The notes under the pieces are model-generated. The model saw nothing but the letters and a program-made list of their open reading frames with translations. It made no database searches and was not told the DNA's origin. 64,000 nucleotides of DNA. It comes from Malacoraja senta. Taxonomy: Eukaryota. A program made the position numbers and the translations under genes. The DNA is taken from contig CM075996.1 of NCBI GenBank assembly GCA_038087875.1, forward strand, positions 10,604,001 to 10,668,000, read 5' to 3'. Numbering within the stretch: position 1 is the stretch's first letter; each line of letters opens with the position of its first letter. Positions 36,501 through 50,899 of this stretch are shown one piece after another.

Positions 36501-38899
36501 GTTAGTAGGGCCACCCTTTCCTGTGGTTTATCAACATCAACTCCTCTAATTGGGGCTCGATTTGGTGTTAATCCCGCTCTGGGAGGTCCATCAAATCCTC
36601 AGGTTAGGTTTGGAGCTGCTGTGTCAGTTTCCTCTATGTGTAGGCCTGTAGGAAAAGATGGCTGGTTTGTATAATCAGGGGCTGAAACCCTGGTGCTGTG
36701 TTGGCTATTCATCATGATACAGTTTTACTCATAAGTACAGTGCTGCCAACATTGGGAGTTTCCAATCGGGGAGATTTTTACGAGCGAAATAATCGAGCAC
36801 TTGCGGGTGGGGTCCAGGGGCTCATGAAGCTCATGGGTTTTAGCCATTCTGACACCCTTTCCTTGCACAAATTTTCAATGATTCCCAAGTATTTTGGCAC
36901 TAAATTATTTGATAATTGTTGATATAGATCTACTTAGTCAGTACCATATTAAACATACAGTAAGCATTTGCAACTACAATAAGAATCTTTGATTCTTACC
37001 TTTTATGCCTACTTAAAATTCCCTGCTTTGTGAGGACAGGGGTGTAGATGTACGATGTAGATGCACTCCTTGCTTGCAATGACATATGTAGCTTGCTGTG
37101 CTTTGCAGAGGTTCTTTGATCATCCACTGACTTGTTTGATCATCTCCCGCTGACTTGCCTGTCTAGACTTTTCTTCCTCAGCCGCAGTTGTGCTGGAGCC
37201 TGCAGTGGGGATGGCAATGGTCTGCTTTCTCTGGCTGTACTCCTGACTGGTCGGGGTGGTGGATCCAGAGGGTCCCTCAAGAGGATCAAGCTCATCCTCA
37301 CTGGAGATGGCACGCTGTGGTTTCTCCTTGTTGAACTGGAAGAAAATAAATGTGTATCACAAATTTTCAAGACCATCAGGATGGGGCAAGCAAGATGATA
37401 CCAATCTACCAGTTACAATGAGATAGGTTGGGAGAATGGGATTGCACCCTTAACTTGGCAGAGTCCATTGTGTCGTCTGATAACAGCGTCAACCGTAAAA
37501 GTCAGAGAAGAGTACAAATTGAGTGGAAAAGGAATGAACTATCTGAGGCCCTGTGCAGACAGAGCCTGCATCTCACAAATACAGGCAAGCCAGCCACTCC
37601 AAGGGAATGAATAGAGGTGTGAATGGACGCACCTCATCCTTCAGCTACTAAAGCTGGCAAGCACACCATTGTTACTTTTAGAGTACTTTGTGACTGGATT
37701 ATTTTCTCTCTCTTTCTAAAGACTTTATTCCATCGACATTTTGAAAGTCCAACACTTCCAGTATACAGCTAAATGCAATCCAAACTTTGTATCAAAATAC
37801 AATGAATTATTGTGGCTGTGTAAGGCAGGAGGCTTCTTAGAGCAACTTGTAAACTGACCACTAGCCATCCTGTTTAGTTTAGTTTAGAAATACAGCACGG
37901 AAACAGGCCGTTCGGCCTACCAAGTCTGCGCCGACCAGCGATCGCCCCACACCAACGCTACCCTGACAAATTCACTGGAATTTAGAAGGATGAGAGGGTA
38001 TCTTATAGAAACATATAAAATTCTTAAGGGATTCGGCAGGCTGGATGAAGGAAAATGTTCCCGATGTTGCGGGAGTCCAGATCCAGGGGGCACAGTTTAT
38101 GAATAAGGGGTGGGCCATTTAAGACTGAGATGGGGAAAAACGTTTTCACCCAGAGTTGTGAATCTGTGGAATTCCCCGTCACAGAAGGCAGTGGAGGCCA
38201 ATTCGCTGGATGTATTCAAGAGTTAGATAGAGCTCTTAGGGCTAACGGAATCAAGGGGAGAAAGCAGGAATGGGTACTGATTTTGGATGATCAGCATTGA
38301 TCATATTGAATGACAGTGCTGGCTCGAAGGCCAAATGACCTACTCCTGCACCTATTTTCTATGTTTAGAGATACAGGGCGGAAACAGGCCCACAGAGTCA
38401 GCGCCGATCAGCGATCACCCCGCACATTAACGCTATCTTACACACACTAGGGACAATTTACACATACACCAAGCGAATTAACCTACATACCTGTCGGTCT
38501 TTGGAGTGTGTGAGGAAACAGAAGATCTTGGGAAAAAACGGTTACGGGGAGAATGTACAAACTCCGTACAGATAAGCACCCGTAGTCGGGATTGAACCCG
38601 GATCTCTGGCGCTGCAAGCGCTGTAAGGCAGCAGCTTTACCGTTGCGCCACAGTGCCACCGTGTTTCTATGTTTCCTAAACGCACTAGGGACAATTTACT
38701 TTTATACTAAGCCAATTAACCTACAAACCTGTACGTCTTTGGAGTGTGGGAAGAAACCGGAGTTCTCAGAGAAAACCCATGCAGGTCATGAGGAGAACGT
38801 ACAAACTCAGTGCATACAAGCACCTGTCGTCAGGATCGAACCCGGGTCTCTGGCTCTGTGAGGTAGCAACTACCGCTGCGCCAGTGCGCGGTTCCTATT

Positions 38900-41800
38900 A
38901 AAAGACAACTTTCACAAAACTTTGCTCACCTGGCCTTGTCTTTTCCCTCCATCAGCCAGATGCTGGCTCTCCTCCTCAGCTGTAAATTTGGCTTACAATA
39001 CCCAAATCCTAAGAGATGTGAAAGACAACAGGGAAATTATCATCAAAACAGCAGATAAGGGGAAGAACAGAGTTGTCATGGACAAACAACAATACTTATT
39101 CGAGGCACACAGACTATGAGGAAAAACAGAGCACTACACTGTTGACAAAGACCATCTATGAGGAAACACTAATGGAAATTAAAGACATTTTACAATGCCT
39201 CAAAAAATCATGGCGCATTTATATGTTTAGTTTAGAGATAGATAATAGACAATAGGTCCAGGAGTAGGCCATTCGGCCCTTCGAGCTGCCATTCAATACG
39301 ATCATGGCCACCCAGCTTTGTGTCATCTGCAAATTTGCTAATGCTACTTTTAATCCCTTCATCTAAATCATTAATCTATATTGTAAATAGCTGCGGCCCC
39401 AGCACCGAGCCTTGCGGTACCCCACTAGTCACTGCCTGCCATTCTGAAAGGGAACCGTTTATCCCGTCTTTGTTTCCTGTCTGCCAACCAATTTTCTATC
39501 CATGTCAGTACCCTACCCCCAATACCATGTGCTCTAATTTTGCGCACTATTCTCTTATGTGGGACCTTATCAAATGCTTTCTGAAAGTCCAGGTACACTA
39601 CATCCATTGGCTCTCCCTTGTCCATTTTCCAAGTTACATCCTCAAAAAATTCCAGAAGATTAGTTAAGCATGATTTCCCCTTCGTAAATCTATGCTGACT
39701 CGGACCAATCCTGTTTTACTGCTATCCAAATGTGCCGTTATTTCATCTTTAATAATTGACTCCAGCATCTTCCCCACCACCGATGTCAGGCTAACTGGTC
39801 TATAATTCCCTGTTTTCTCTCTCCCGCCTTTCTTAAAAGTGGGATAACATTAGCTACCCTCCAATCTACAGGAACTGATCCTGAATCTTTTGAACATTGG
39901 AAAATGGTCACCAATGCGTCCACGATTTCCAGAGCCACTTCCTTAAGTACCCTGAGATGCAGACCATCATGCCCTGGAGATTTATTAGCCTTCAGTCCCA
40001 TCAGTCTATTCAACACCATTTCCTGCCTGATGTGAATTTCCTTCAGTTCCTCCGTTACCCTAGATCCTCTGGCCACTAGTACATCAGGAGATTGTTTGTG
40101 TCTTCCTTAGTGAAGACAGATCCAAAGTACCTGTTCAACTCGTCTGCCATTTCCTTGTACCCCATAATAAATTCACCTGTTTTAGCCCTCAAGGGTCAAA
40201 CTTTGGTCTGAAATAATGTTTTCCTCTTCACATACCTAAAGAAGCTTTTACTATCCTCCTTTATATTCTTGGTGAGCTTACCTTTGTACCTCATCTTTTC
40301 TCCCCGTATTGCCTTTTTAGTTATCTTCTGTTGCTCTTTAAAAGTTTCCCAATCCTGACTTCCCGCTCATCTTTGCTGTTATACTTCTTTTTTATTTTTA
40401 TACTGTCCCTGACTTCCCTTGTCAGCCACGGTCGTGCCTTACTCCCCTTGGAATCTTTCTTCCTCTTTGGAATTAACTGATCCTGCACCTTCTGTATTAT
40501 TCCCAGAAATACCTGTCATTGTTGTTCCACTGCTGGGGTATCTTTCCAGTCAACTTTGGCCAGCTCCTCCCTCATGGCTCCATAGTCCCCTTTGTTCAAT
40601 TGTAATACTGACACTTCCGATTTTCCTTCTCCCTCTCAAATTGTAAATTAAAACTTAATATATTATGGCTCCTTTACCTCGAATTTCCTTATCAAATCCA
40701 GTTCATTGTACAGTGCGAAACAGGCCAGCGCCAACCTGCGATCCCCGCATACTAACACTATCCTACACACACAAGGGGCAATTAACATTTATACCAAGCC
40801 AATTAGCCTCCAAACCTGTACGTCTTTAGAGAGTGGGAGGAAACCGGAACCTCACAGGTCACAGAGAGAACGTACAAACTCCACATCGTCAGAAACCATT
40901 AGAATACCCGAGAATAATTCACATATCACTGTACCTTAATTGGTAAACGTGACAATAAAAGACCTTTAAAACCTTTGAACCACTGGCATGAAAATTCTAC
41001 ATTCTCCCCAAAATACACAAACACCCGGACAGGTGGACAGAACCTGGGGAAATACGTCCAGGAAGGCCCATTGTGTCTGACTGTGGTAGTGAATCCTATC
41101 GGGTAGCAGAATACATCGACCCTTCTTAATCCACTGGCACAGCAGCACCCTCTACTTCAGACCACGTCACACTCCCTGACTGTGCCACCTAATGTCGTAC
41201 ACTTACATGGACATCGAAGGCCCGTCCACAAACAGAACAGACAGGAACATACAACAGTTAAACATATCTCAGAGAAAAATGCTGACCCTGAAAGACTAGA
41301 CTTTGGTCTAGAAGTGGCCCAGGCGATCAATGTCTTTTCACAGAGAACTGGATGACATTTGGGAATGACACATTCAGAAACAGTCAGAGGAATTCATTTC
41401 ATACAAAACACCAAGATTAAAACCACCACAAACAAACAAAACATTGACTTTCTGGACTTTCCCTAAACCTGCCAGACCTCTTTCCCTGATGAAGCTGTAG
41501 ACAAATCAAAACTGGAAGATTGTTGTTGCCCAGTCGTGGACACCACTGGATTGAATTGGCATTAGAGAATGGTGGGCACCGTGGTGTAGCTGCTCGAGCT
41601 GCTGCCCCACAGCGCCAGAGACTCGGTTTAATCCTGACCTCCAATGCTGTGTGTGGAGTTTGCACGTTCTCCCTGTGACTGCGTGGGTTTTCTCCCACAT
41701 TCCAAACGCGTGCAGGTTTACATGTTAATTGACCTCTGTAAATTGCCTCTAGTGTGCAGGGAGTGGATGAGAAAGTGGGATAACACAGGACTAGTGTGAG

Positions 41801-42070
41801 CGGGTGATAGATGGTCAGCGTGGACTCGGTGGGCCGAAAGGGCTGTTTCTAATCTGTATCTCTAAACTAAAATGGTGACCACAAACAAACGGACACCCAC
41901 AACCTCTTGCGCACCACCAGCCACCGTCCAAAACATACATTCAGAGGGACAGTAAAGACACAACTGATTCACTTCCACCACGTTTGCACTCTCTTCACTG
42001 CACTTAAACAGAGGGTGACTCAGGAAGGAAGTTGAAATAAATCAAATCAGACAACTTGAAGAGAATAAAA
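38900..42070 (+). mobile_element. Old fragmented Penelope-like element, interrupted by CR1 (~39240-40700, minus) and SINEs
   Basis: IIIKTADKG..VVMDKQQYL at ~39040; GRPIVSDCGSESYRVAEYID at ~41060; TDTHNLL...HTFRG at ~41890. Confidence 0.65.
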
Positions 42071-43269
42071 AAATTAACCATCATCAGTAGAAACAAGGAA
42101 CTGCAGATGCTGGTTTATACCAAAGATACAAAGCGCTGGAGTAAATCAGGTCAGGAAGCATCTCTGGAGAAAAATGATGGGTAACGTTTCAGGTCAGGAT
42201 CATTCTGCGAGCCATCATTAATTGATTGCAAATCAGGGTGGAGTAAAACAAAAAAATAGCAGATTCTGGAAATCTGGCAAATCCAAAACTGTGAAATAGC
42301 TATTTGTCTGAGATGCTGTCCTCACCGTTGCGTTTGGTCCATATCCCTCCAAACGTTTCCTATCCATGTACCTGTTTAACTGTACCTTAAATGTTGGGAT
42401 AGTCCCTGTCTCAGCCAACCCCTCTGGCAGCTTTTTCCATACACCCACCACCCTTTGTGTTTTGGAGGTTTCTTTAGTATTTCCATGTGGGGGAGGTGGA
42501 GGGTAAGGGGGAAACCGTTTCCCAGTCACTTCCTGGCGAGGATGCGACTATTCTCCGTGTCGCGTCCTCGCCTCCGCCCCCCCCCCCTCCGCCTCCCCCT
42601 CGCGGCCTACCAACTGGATTGGCAGTCTTTCCTGCCGGGGACCGGCCAAAGCTTTAGCAGCGGCGCAGTACTGGATTCACCGTGGAGCAGGCGATGCCTT
42701 ACCTGGATCGCCATTTGAAGCTCCGGAGTGTTGGGCCTGCTGCTTCAATATCGCGGAGCTGTGGTTTGCAGAATCTCCGCCCAGCTCGGCCTGTGGACTT
42801 CGGGAGCCGCGGTCTCCGGTAGGAAGTGGCCGATTCGGATGTCCAAGCCGCTGAGGATGTTCCACCGTTCCGACGTCGGAGTTCTATCATCCCGGCGAGA
42901 GGGCCTGAACATCGGGCTGCCCGTAGTGGTGACTCCGGGGGGCTTCGGGAGGCCCCTGACCACGGGTGAACAACAAAGAACATCAAAGAAGAGGATGACT
43001 GAACTTTGGGCCTTCCCTCACAGTGGGAAACTTTGATTCCACTGTGGGGGATGTTTATGTTAAAGACTGTCGTGTTCTGTTCTTTTTGTATTCGTATGGC
43101 TGTATGGTGACCCCAAATTTCACTTGACCAATTGGTGCATGTGACAAGGTGTGAGGGTGAGGAGTGTCAGGGGGGAGGTGTGAGTGGGAGGGGTATGAGG
43201 GGGGAGCGGTGTGAGGGGGTATATATGTGTGTGTGGGGGGGGGGGGGGGTGAGGGGGTAATTCTGGTCA

Positions 43270-43530
43270 CCCCGGGTCGGCGGGAAACGAAACGTCCGTC
43301 GACGACCCGCTCCCGCTCTATAATGTTTGCTCCCGCTCCCGCGCCGCCCAAACATCGCGAGAAGTGACGTCTTGCCTCGTGGGAATAGGCGCCGGTTAAA
43401 GGTTGAAGCCGGACTGGCCCCCGTCACGTGCCGGGAGAGCAGCTCGACGGTTGGGTGGAGAGGCAGCTGCACTCTTCGCGCGCGCACACTGTGGGCCAGG
43501 GAGGGGCGGACGGGGCAGCAGCTGCATCTC
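43270..43530. promoter_or_regulatory. CpG-island-like putative promoter (mirrored at ~57810-58070)
   Basis: Dense CpG; tcgcgagaa, gtgacgtc, E-box gtcacgtg and GC box ggggcgg. Confidence 0.5.
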
Positions 43531-46500
43531 ACACACACTGTCTGCGAGGCTGCTGCTGCCTCAGCTGCAATGTTGCACCAGTGCCTCTGGACAAGTGTTT
43601 GGTCAGCAAGACCCGTCCCTCACGCTTGGTTCAGAGGGACGGAGTTGTGACTCCTATCACTGTTTAAGGAGTGAGGTTGAAGCCAGTGATGGAAGTGCAG
43701 ACACAGACACGCTCTGAGTGTGGGCTTGATGCTGCACAGAATGCAGCCGCTCTCAAACAGTCCCCGCAGCAACGTGAGGCCGATGGGCTTTGGACAAATA
43801 TCAGTGGCCACATCCCAGGAGTTTAAAATCTTTCATCATTTTACCCCAATCTTCATACGTGACCACTGCTTTATTTTACAATTGGTCACAACCTATACGT
43901 GTTTGCTTCGAATGAGCTGACAGGAACTTCGACTTGGGGAAGAGAGAAAGCGGGAGAGAGCGAGAGAGACTTCACTGAGAACCGTGTGCGCTGTGCCGGG
44001 ACCCTCGAGTTCTCCAGACCAGCCGTCGCGGACAGCAGACAATGATGTACAGAAGCGTGAGGTTTGTGCCTTTATCAGTACTTTACTTATTTTGCTGTAG
44101 TAAAGATAGTTGTTTGTAGCCCAGAATGTTATTTCCTTATTCATTAATCTCAATCCTCGAAACCTATTTTATTGCATCTCAGGTTGTAAGTTTATGTTGG
44201 AGCAGCAGCCATTAATTCCAAACAAGAACCAAATTCAGAATTTTTGTTCTCATGTACATTGGAAACTATAATCATTTTGGAATTTAAAGGACAGCTTTCC
44301 AAACAACCAGGGTGTCTACTGAGACAATTGGGTGTTTACTGACCTGCAGCAAACCCGAAATCTTCAGCTGAAGATATTTCACACTGCTGTAATAGAGATG
44401 AAGGAATATCCAGACCAGACTGATTTGTTACTTGGCACATCAAGAATGGTCATGGGGATAGAAACAACATGCTGGAGTAACCCAGGAGGTCAGGCAGCAT
44501 CGCTGGAGGAAAGGAATAGGTGACGTCTCGGGTCAGAACCCCGAGGGTATCATCGGTATAAACCAGCATCTGCAGTTCCTTCCTACACACACGGCCAATG
44601 GGGATATTTGTATGCCTGTCAATAATTGGGGTATTTGTGTACTCGGAGTCAGCCCTCGCAACAGTAATGTGTGTAAGAAGGGACTGCAGATGCTAGTTTA
44701 AACCAAGGATAGACACAGAAAGCTGGAGTAACTTAGCGGGACAGGCAGCATCTCTGGAGAGAAGGAAAGGGTGACGTTTCAGGGTCGAGGCCCTTCTTCA
44801 GACTGAGAAGCTTTTAGACCTGCCTTTGAATCACTGTCCCAGCAAAGGAGTTTGAATAATCAGAGGTGTCTTGGCAGCTACAATATGTCCCCATTGTGAT
44901 TCTCCAAAGTTTATTTGTCTGCACTCAAAGTTAAATCTCAGTAGATAATTTTAGCACTTGATAATTCATTGATTATTGTGTAGGAAAGAACTGCAGATGC
45001 TGGTTTAAATCGAAGGGAGATACAGAATGCTGGAGTAACTCAGCGGGTCAGGCAGCATCTCTGGAGAGAGGTAATAGGTAACGTTTCGGGTCGAGACCCT
45101 TCAGACTGATGTCAGGGGTGGGGGTGTGACAAAGATAGAATGTTGCTGGAGACAGTAAGACTGGTGGGAGAACTGGGAAGGGGAAGGGATGGAGAGGGAA
45201 AGCTAGGGCTATCTGAAGTTAGAGAAGTCAATGTTCACACCACTGGGGTGTAAACTACCCAAGCCAAATATGAGGTGCTGTTCCTCCAATTTGTGCTGGG
45301 CCTCACTCTGACAATGGAGGAGACCCATGACAGAAATGCCAGATTGGGACGGAGAGGTAGTTGAAGTGCTGAACCACCAGGAGATCAGGTATGTTAAGAC
45401 AGACTGGGTGGAGGTGTTCAGCGAAGTGATTGCTGAGCCTGCGCTCGGTCTTGCCGATGTAGAGAAGTTGACACCTGGAACAGTGGATACAGTAGATGAG
45501 GTTGGAGGATGTGCAAGTGAACCTCTGCCTCACCTGGAAAGACTGTTTGTGTCCTTGGATGGAGTCGAAGGGGGAGGTAAAGGGACAGGTGTTGCATCTC
45601 CTGCAGTTGCAGGGAAAAGTACCTGGGGAGGGGGTGGTTTGGGTGGGATGGGACGAGTTGACCAGGGAGTTTCAGAGGGAACGCTCTGTAGAAAGCAGAA
45701 AGGGGAGGAGATGGGAAGATGTGGCCAGTAGTGGGATCCCGTTCATTGTTTATTGTCTCTGTTTAAAGCCAATATAAACTCGATGTACTTTGAGTTTGGG
45801 AGATTCTACCGAGAGGGTCTTCATTAGAATGTGTTTCTCTTTTACATCAACCAGCTTCTGCCACTGAGTGACTCCGTTCAAAGGGCACAACAGTAGCTGA
45901 TTAGTTACATTTCTTCAGCAGTATTTGAAACTCAATGCCACGTAGTTAAGATTTTATGTTCCAAAAAGAATTGATTCATTTGAGGGAGAGCAGGAACATT
46001 GGAGAGGTGAAAGATACCCAGAGAGATGGATTTGAACTTTAAATAATGAAAGTAGTTTTGATAAACAGCTGTGTGTTGTGGGGATTCTCTGAAACAGATG
46101 TCAACCGATTCAACCATTTGACCATTCAGCATTAAATTAGTATATCTTCAGTAAGCCTGCGATTCTACCCCAATCTACATACAAAAGTTAGCTATGTTTA
46201 TAAAACTAGCTGTTCTTCTTGGTCAAAACACAAGGTTAAATCAAGCACTGAGCTAGTCTCGAATGAAAAGTTTATCTTATCTGGACCACTGAGTTACTGA
46301 TTTACTGGGTTACATGATTTACTGGGTGCTTCTAATTGAGCCCAAGCATTTTCCCAAACATCGAACTGTTTCTAAGCCAGCGACTTGTGGGCACGTGGTG
46401 CTGTTAGCAGACAACTCCATCTTTGCTGCAAAGCCTCTTTAACCGTTACATTACATTCCACCCCTGGGAGTTGTCCATCTACAGAACTCATCTACCTACT

Positions 46501-48588
46501 CGTCACTGAGTGCACAAGTTAAAGCAGGAATAGTAGAAGGGTCAGTGCCTCTCCCTGACAGTTCCTGTCAGTCACCACACAATATCAGTCCATGGTCAGA
46601 AGATTGCTGTAGTTCCTGTATTGGCCTCTCTCCAGGAACACGGCGACTGCTGGTGTGGGACATTTCCATCCTTGGAAAAAGGTTCTGACTGTCTACCCTA
46701 TCTCTGCGTCTCATCATATATACTTATATACTTCTATCAAGTCTTCCTTCAACCTCTGATGTTTCAGAGAAGACAATCCAAATCTATCCACCCTCTCCCT
46801 GTACATGAAACCTAATCCAGGCAGCATTCTGGTAAACCTGCTCTGCACCCTATCCAAAACCTACACAGTTTTTCTTTAATGGGGTGACCAGAACTGCACG
46901 TAATACTCCAAATGTGGCCTCAACAAAAACCTATAGATCTGCATCATGACGTCCAGACTCTTATATTCAATGCCCCTTGTAATGAAGGTAAACAGACCAT
47001 CTGTCTTCATTTACAACCTTTTTTTTGTGCTGCCACCTTCAGTGAGTTCTGATGCCTCCCAGGAAGCCACGGAGAAGCCTCATGCATCGGTGGAGCATCG
47101 CGGGTCGACCCGCGGTCGTCGAGGGCGAGGACAGGCCTCGGAGCCGGAGGACACTCCGCCGAAAACAAAGGAGGACCCGGCACGGAGGAACCGCCGTGAG
47201 GGGGGGAGAGAACAAAGGAGGGGAGGAGGGAGGGGGGCGGGGGGGGGGGGAAGAACAAAGGAGGACCTTGCTCAGGATACTTTAACTTAGTCAGCACCCA
47301 AATGTACAGCGACTATTTGCATACCATGCAAAGAATTTCAATGCGATTTGTCTCATGTGACAATAAAGTATTCATTCATTCATTTATTATGAGCTTGGAC
47401 TCCAAGTTCCCTCTGCACATCCGTGCTGTTAAGGGTCTTACCATTAACTTTATACCTTCCCCTTACATTCAACATCCCAAAGCACAACACCTGGAGAAAA
47501 CCAAAGATCTCGGGGGAAAAGCACGCAGGTCACGGGGAGAATGTACAAACTCCGTATAGTCAGGATCGAACTAAGGTCTCTGGCACTGTAAGCCAGTAGC
47601 TATGCCACCATGCCTCTCATAAAATGCCGCCCATGTAGCTCAACTAAATAACCCCTGTTCCCATACCTAGTCTAACAAAGGATAGTTGAGTGGGTTGGGG
47701 AAGAAGTGCGGGATTATTGAGTGTGTGTGCGCACATTGAGTGTGCTGACGGGACCTCGCCTAGGACAAGAAGTGTGGCAGCTTATCCCCCAACTCTCTCT
47801 CCCAATACTGAGGTGGCCCCCATTTAGTTTAGTTTGGAGATGTGGCATAGAAACAGGCCCTTTGGCCCACCATGTCCTTATCAATCATCCATTCACACTA
47901 GTTCTATGTTACCCAACTTTCTCAACCACTCCCTGCACACCAAGGGCTATTTACAGAGACCATTTAACCTACAAACCCGCATATCTTTGCGATGTTGGAG
48001 GAAACTGGGGCACCCAGAAGAAACCCACTTGATCACAATGAGAACATGCAAACTCAACACAGAGCACCCAAAGTCAGCATTATACCTGGGCCTCTGGCTC
48101 CACTAGCTACACCATTGTGTCGCCCATGCTTCTTGCATCCTCTGAGCGACCAACCCTTCCCATTGTCTGTCCACCCTGGGACCCCGACAGTCTCAGTTCT
48201 GACTCTCCAATCCACCTTTTCACCAAATCCTGCCAACTACGCAATCAATGTAACGATACAAGCAGGTTTTCCAGGATTCAGACCAATGATTGGAGAATAT
48301 TTCATAGAAACATAGAATATAGGTGCAGGAGTAGGCCATTTGGCCCTACGAGCCAGCACCACCATTCAATATGATCATGGCTGATCATCCTAAATCAGTA
48401 CCCTGTTCCTGCTTTCTCCCCATATCTCTCTATTCTGTTATCCCGAAGAGCTATATCTAACTCTTCAAAACATCCAGTGAATTGGCCTCCACTGCCTTCT
48501 GTAACAGAGAATTCCACAGATTCGCAACTCTGGGTGAAAATGTTTTTCCTCATCTCAGTCCTAAATGACCTACCACTTATTCTTAAAC

Positions 48589-48938
48589 TGTTACAAAAAA
48601 GGTTCAAGGAAACAAAGCGCTGTTCATTATAGTAAAATACAGGAAAGAGAATCAAAGGCACAAACCTCACCCTTCTGGTCCTCACACCTTCACTGATGTG
48701 AGTGGTTGCTGGTAGCATCGAGTCTCCCGGCCTCTTCCCATCGGAGACTCTGCTTGGGACGGCAGGTCTGGGAACTCGAGGGTCTGGCACCATTCCGATC
48801 CTGGTCCCAGGTGAAGTCCCGTCAGCTCGCACACAGTGTGCACACGCGCTCAATAATCCTGCGCTTCTTCACCAACCTACACTCAACTATCCCTTGTTAG
48901 ATTAGCTATATAAACAGGAGTTATTTAGTTGAGTTACA
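48589..48938 (-). mobile_element. Putative LTR-like repeat; related pieces at ~47634-47770(+), ~43915-44100(+) and ~57240-57425(-)
   Basis: Minus strand tgtaactcaactaaataac...tttgtaaca; shared blocks gagctgac(g/a)gga, accctcgagtt(c)tccagacc and cagaag(g/c)gtgaggtttgtgccttt. No TSD found. Confidence 0.5.
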
Positions 48939-49649
48939 GCTCGGACGTCTCTGGCAAGAAACGTTTGTCTTGTCTTCCTGCTGTCTGTCCTCGAGCTGTA
49001 TGATCTGAGATCCTATGATTTACTGGTTCTTCCGAGTTAGTTTAGTTTAGAGATACAGGGCAGAAACAGGCCCTTTGGCCCACCGAGTCTGTGATCCTTG
49101 CACACTAACACTATCCCACACACTGGGGACAATTTATAATTTTACTGAAACCCATTACCATGCAAACCTGTATGGGTGTGTGGTAATGAGTGTGGGGGGG
49201 AACCAGGAGAAAACCCATGCAGGTCACGGGGAGAACGTACAAACTCCGTGCAGGCAAGCACCTGTGGTCAGGATCGAACTCGGGTCTCCGGCGCTGTAAG
49301 GCAGCAACTCTACCGCAGCGCCACCATGCTGTCCTGTATGTGAACACAATTATATTCCAAAGTCTGCACTGTTTTCCAAGCGAGCCTGCTGCCTCCATCA
49401 ATGCTTATAGCAGACAACTTTGTTCTTAGCTGAGAAGCATATTTTACTCGTTGCATTACTTTGGTATAACATGGAGCCCAGATGATTGGCCTTTACCCTT
49501 GTACTCTGTGCTGAGGAGAGGGGCCGGACGGATGTTTGTCAGACGGGATATCGTCTTCTTGGGCAACAGGACTACAACTGCCCTGTGCCATGAGAGCCCC
49601 TTGCGTCATGCCCTGTGCATCTCTGCCCTGCGACTACAACTGCCCTGTG

Positions 49650-49850
49650 CCATGAGAGGGCCATGTCCCCGGTCGCCAGGCTCTCCCTCAGCACCTTCAT
49701 GTAATCACCCCTCGGGACATCCCACAGGTTCCAAGGAGCTCCACCATCAGCCCATCCAGTCCTGGGGACGTGCCTCTCCTGAGCTGGTGGAGGGCATCAG
49801 GTAGCTCCTCCAACATTAAGAGAGCATTTCGGTGTTTGGCTGACTGGCGG
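49650..49850 (-). mobile_element. L1/Tx1-like LINE fragment
   Basis: LEELPDALHQLRRGTSPGLDGLMVEL, the K/TSPGxDG linker motif. Confidence 0.55.
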
Positions 49851-50277
49851 TAGGGCCCTCGCATAGGACCAACTGTGTACCCTCGCTGGACGCATCCGAA
49901 CATGATCCTCTTAAAACTCACCATCATGATTGAGGACTTCTTGGTGAAATTCTTGGTCTGCAGCAGGTTAGTCATTCAATTTACCTACCGACCAACGTTG
50001 TGTCTATCTGTCTTTCGCTCTCCCTCCCTCTCTCTCTCGCGCGCTCTCTCTCTCTCCCGTTCCCCTCTCTCTCTAGCTCTCTCAGAATTCCCGGAATCAT
50101 TGACGTTTTGCGGTAGACAAAAATGCTGGAGAAACTTAGCGGGTGAGGCAGCATCTATGGAGCGAAGGAAATATGCAACGTTTCGGGTCGATACCCTTCT
50201 TCAGACCCGGCTATTTCCTTCGCTCCATGGATGCTGCCTCAAGCCCTGTCCCACTGTGCGAGTTCACCCAAGAGCTT

Positions 50278-50899
50278 AAAATCTCTGTGTAGCATCTCTG
50301 TCCCTATCTTCAAATTCCCAGTTTGAAATAAAATATAGCTTTCGACTTAACCATTTCGCAGCAGGATCGCGATTAGTCGATTCCCACGCATTTTCAATCA
50401 TCGTTCGATTCAGTGTAATTTTCACACCTGGTTGATGTAGTTTCAGTACTAAATGCAGTACTAAATGCACGAACATTAAGGTGGTTACTGATATAATTTC
50501 AGTGAAATAGGAGATTTCCGTGGAAAGAATATTTAACCAGAATATAAGGTGAGGTCGTTGCAAAATGCTCACTTAAAACAATACGCAGTCAACTCAGGAT
50601 TGTTTCTTAGCCCTCTGACAGGTGTTTCAATCTAACCACGTAGCTCGCTGTTAATTGATTCATAGCTATTAATTTTCATTCCTGGTCCGTATCGAACTTC
50701 TCCAAATGCAAATGCTTCAAGTTACGCTTGTGTGGTGGTAGGGGGGGGGGGGGGGGGAGTGCTAGGATAAAATACCATATATTTGCATTTATATGGCGAT
50801 CCTGCTGCGAAATTTTTAAGTCAAAATCGAAAGACAAAAGTTGTATTTTATTTCAGTGGGAATTGGAAGATAGGGACAGAGATGCTACAGAGAGATTTT
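50278..50899. mobile_element. MITE with ~100-bp TIRs
   Basis: aaaatctctgtgtagcatctctgtccctatcttc...tttcgcagcaggatcgc versus gcgatcctgctgcgaaa...gaagatagggacagagatgctacagagagatttt; ttaa/ttga at the ends. Confidence 0.75.

Larger units (their letters stand above)
37638..45203 (+). repeat. Left arm of a large inverted duplication
   Basis: Reverse complement of 56132-64000; mirrored ORFs such as 43893-44153 / 57182-57442 and 38922-39119 / 62519-62716. Confidence 0.96.

Noticed and set aside
37000..37336. Minus-strand exon-like segment (FNKEKPQRAISSEDELDPLEG...)
   Set aside because: Has splice-like ends, but all frames hit stops and I recognise no homolog; the SSEDEL match to the SUN2-like exon is too short to be meaningful.
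44042..44066. ATGATGTACAGAAGCGTGAG|gtttgt as a first coding exon
   Set aside because: The segment is homologous to the repeat at 48589-48938, and no in-frame downstream exon was found.
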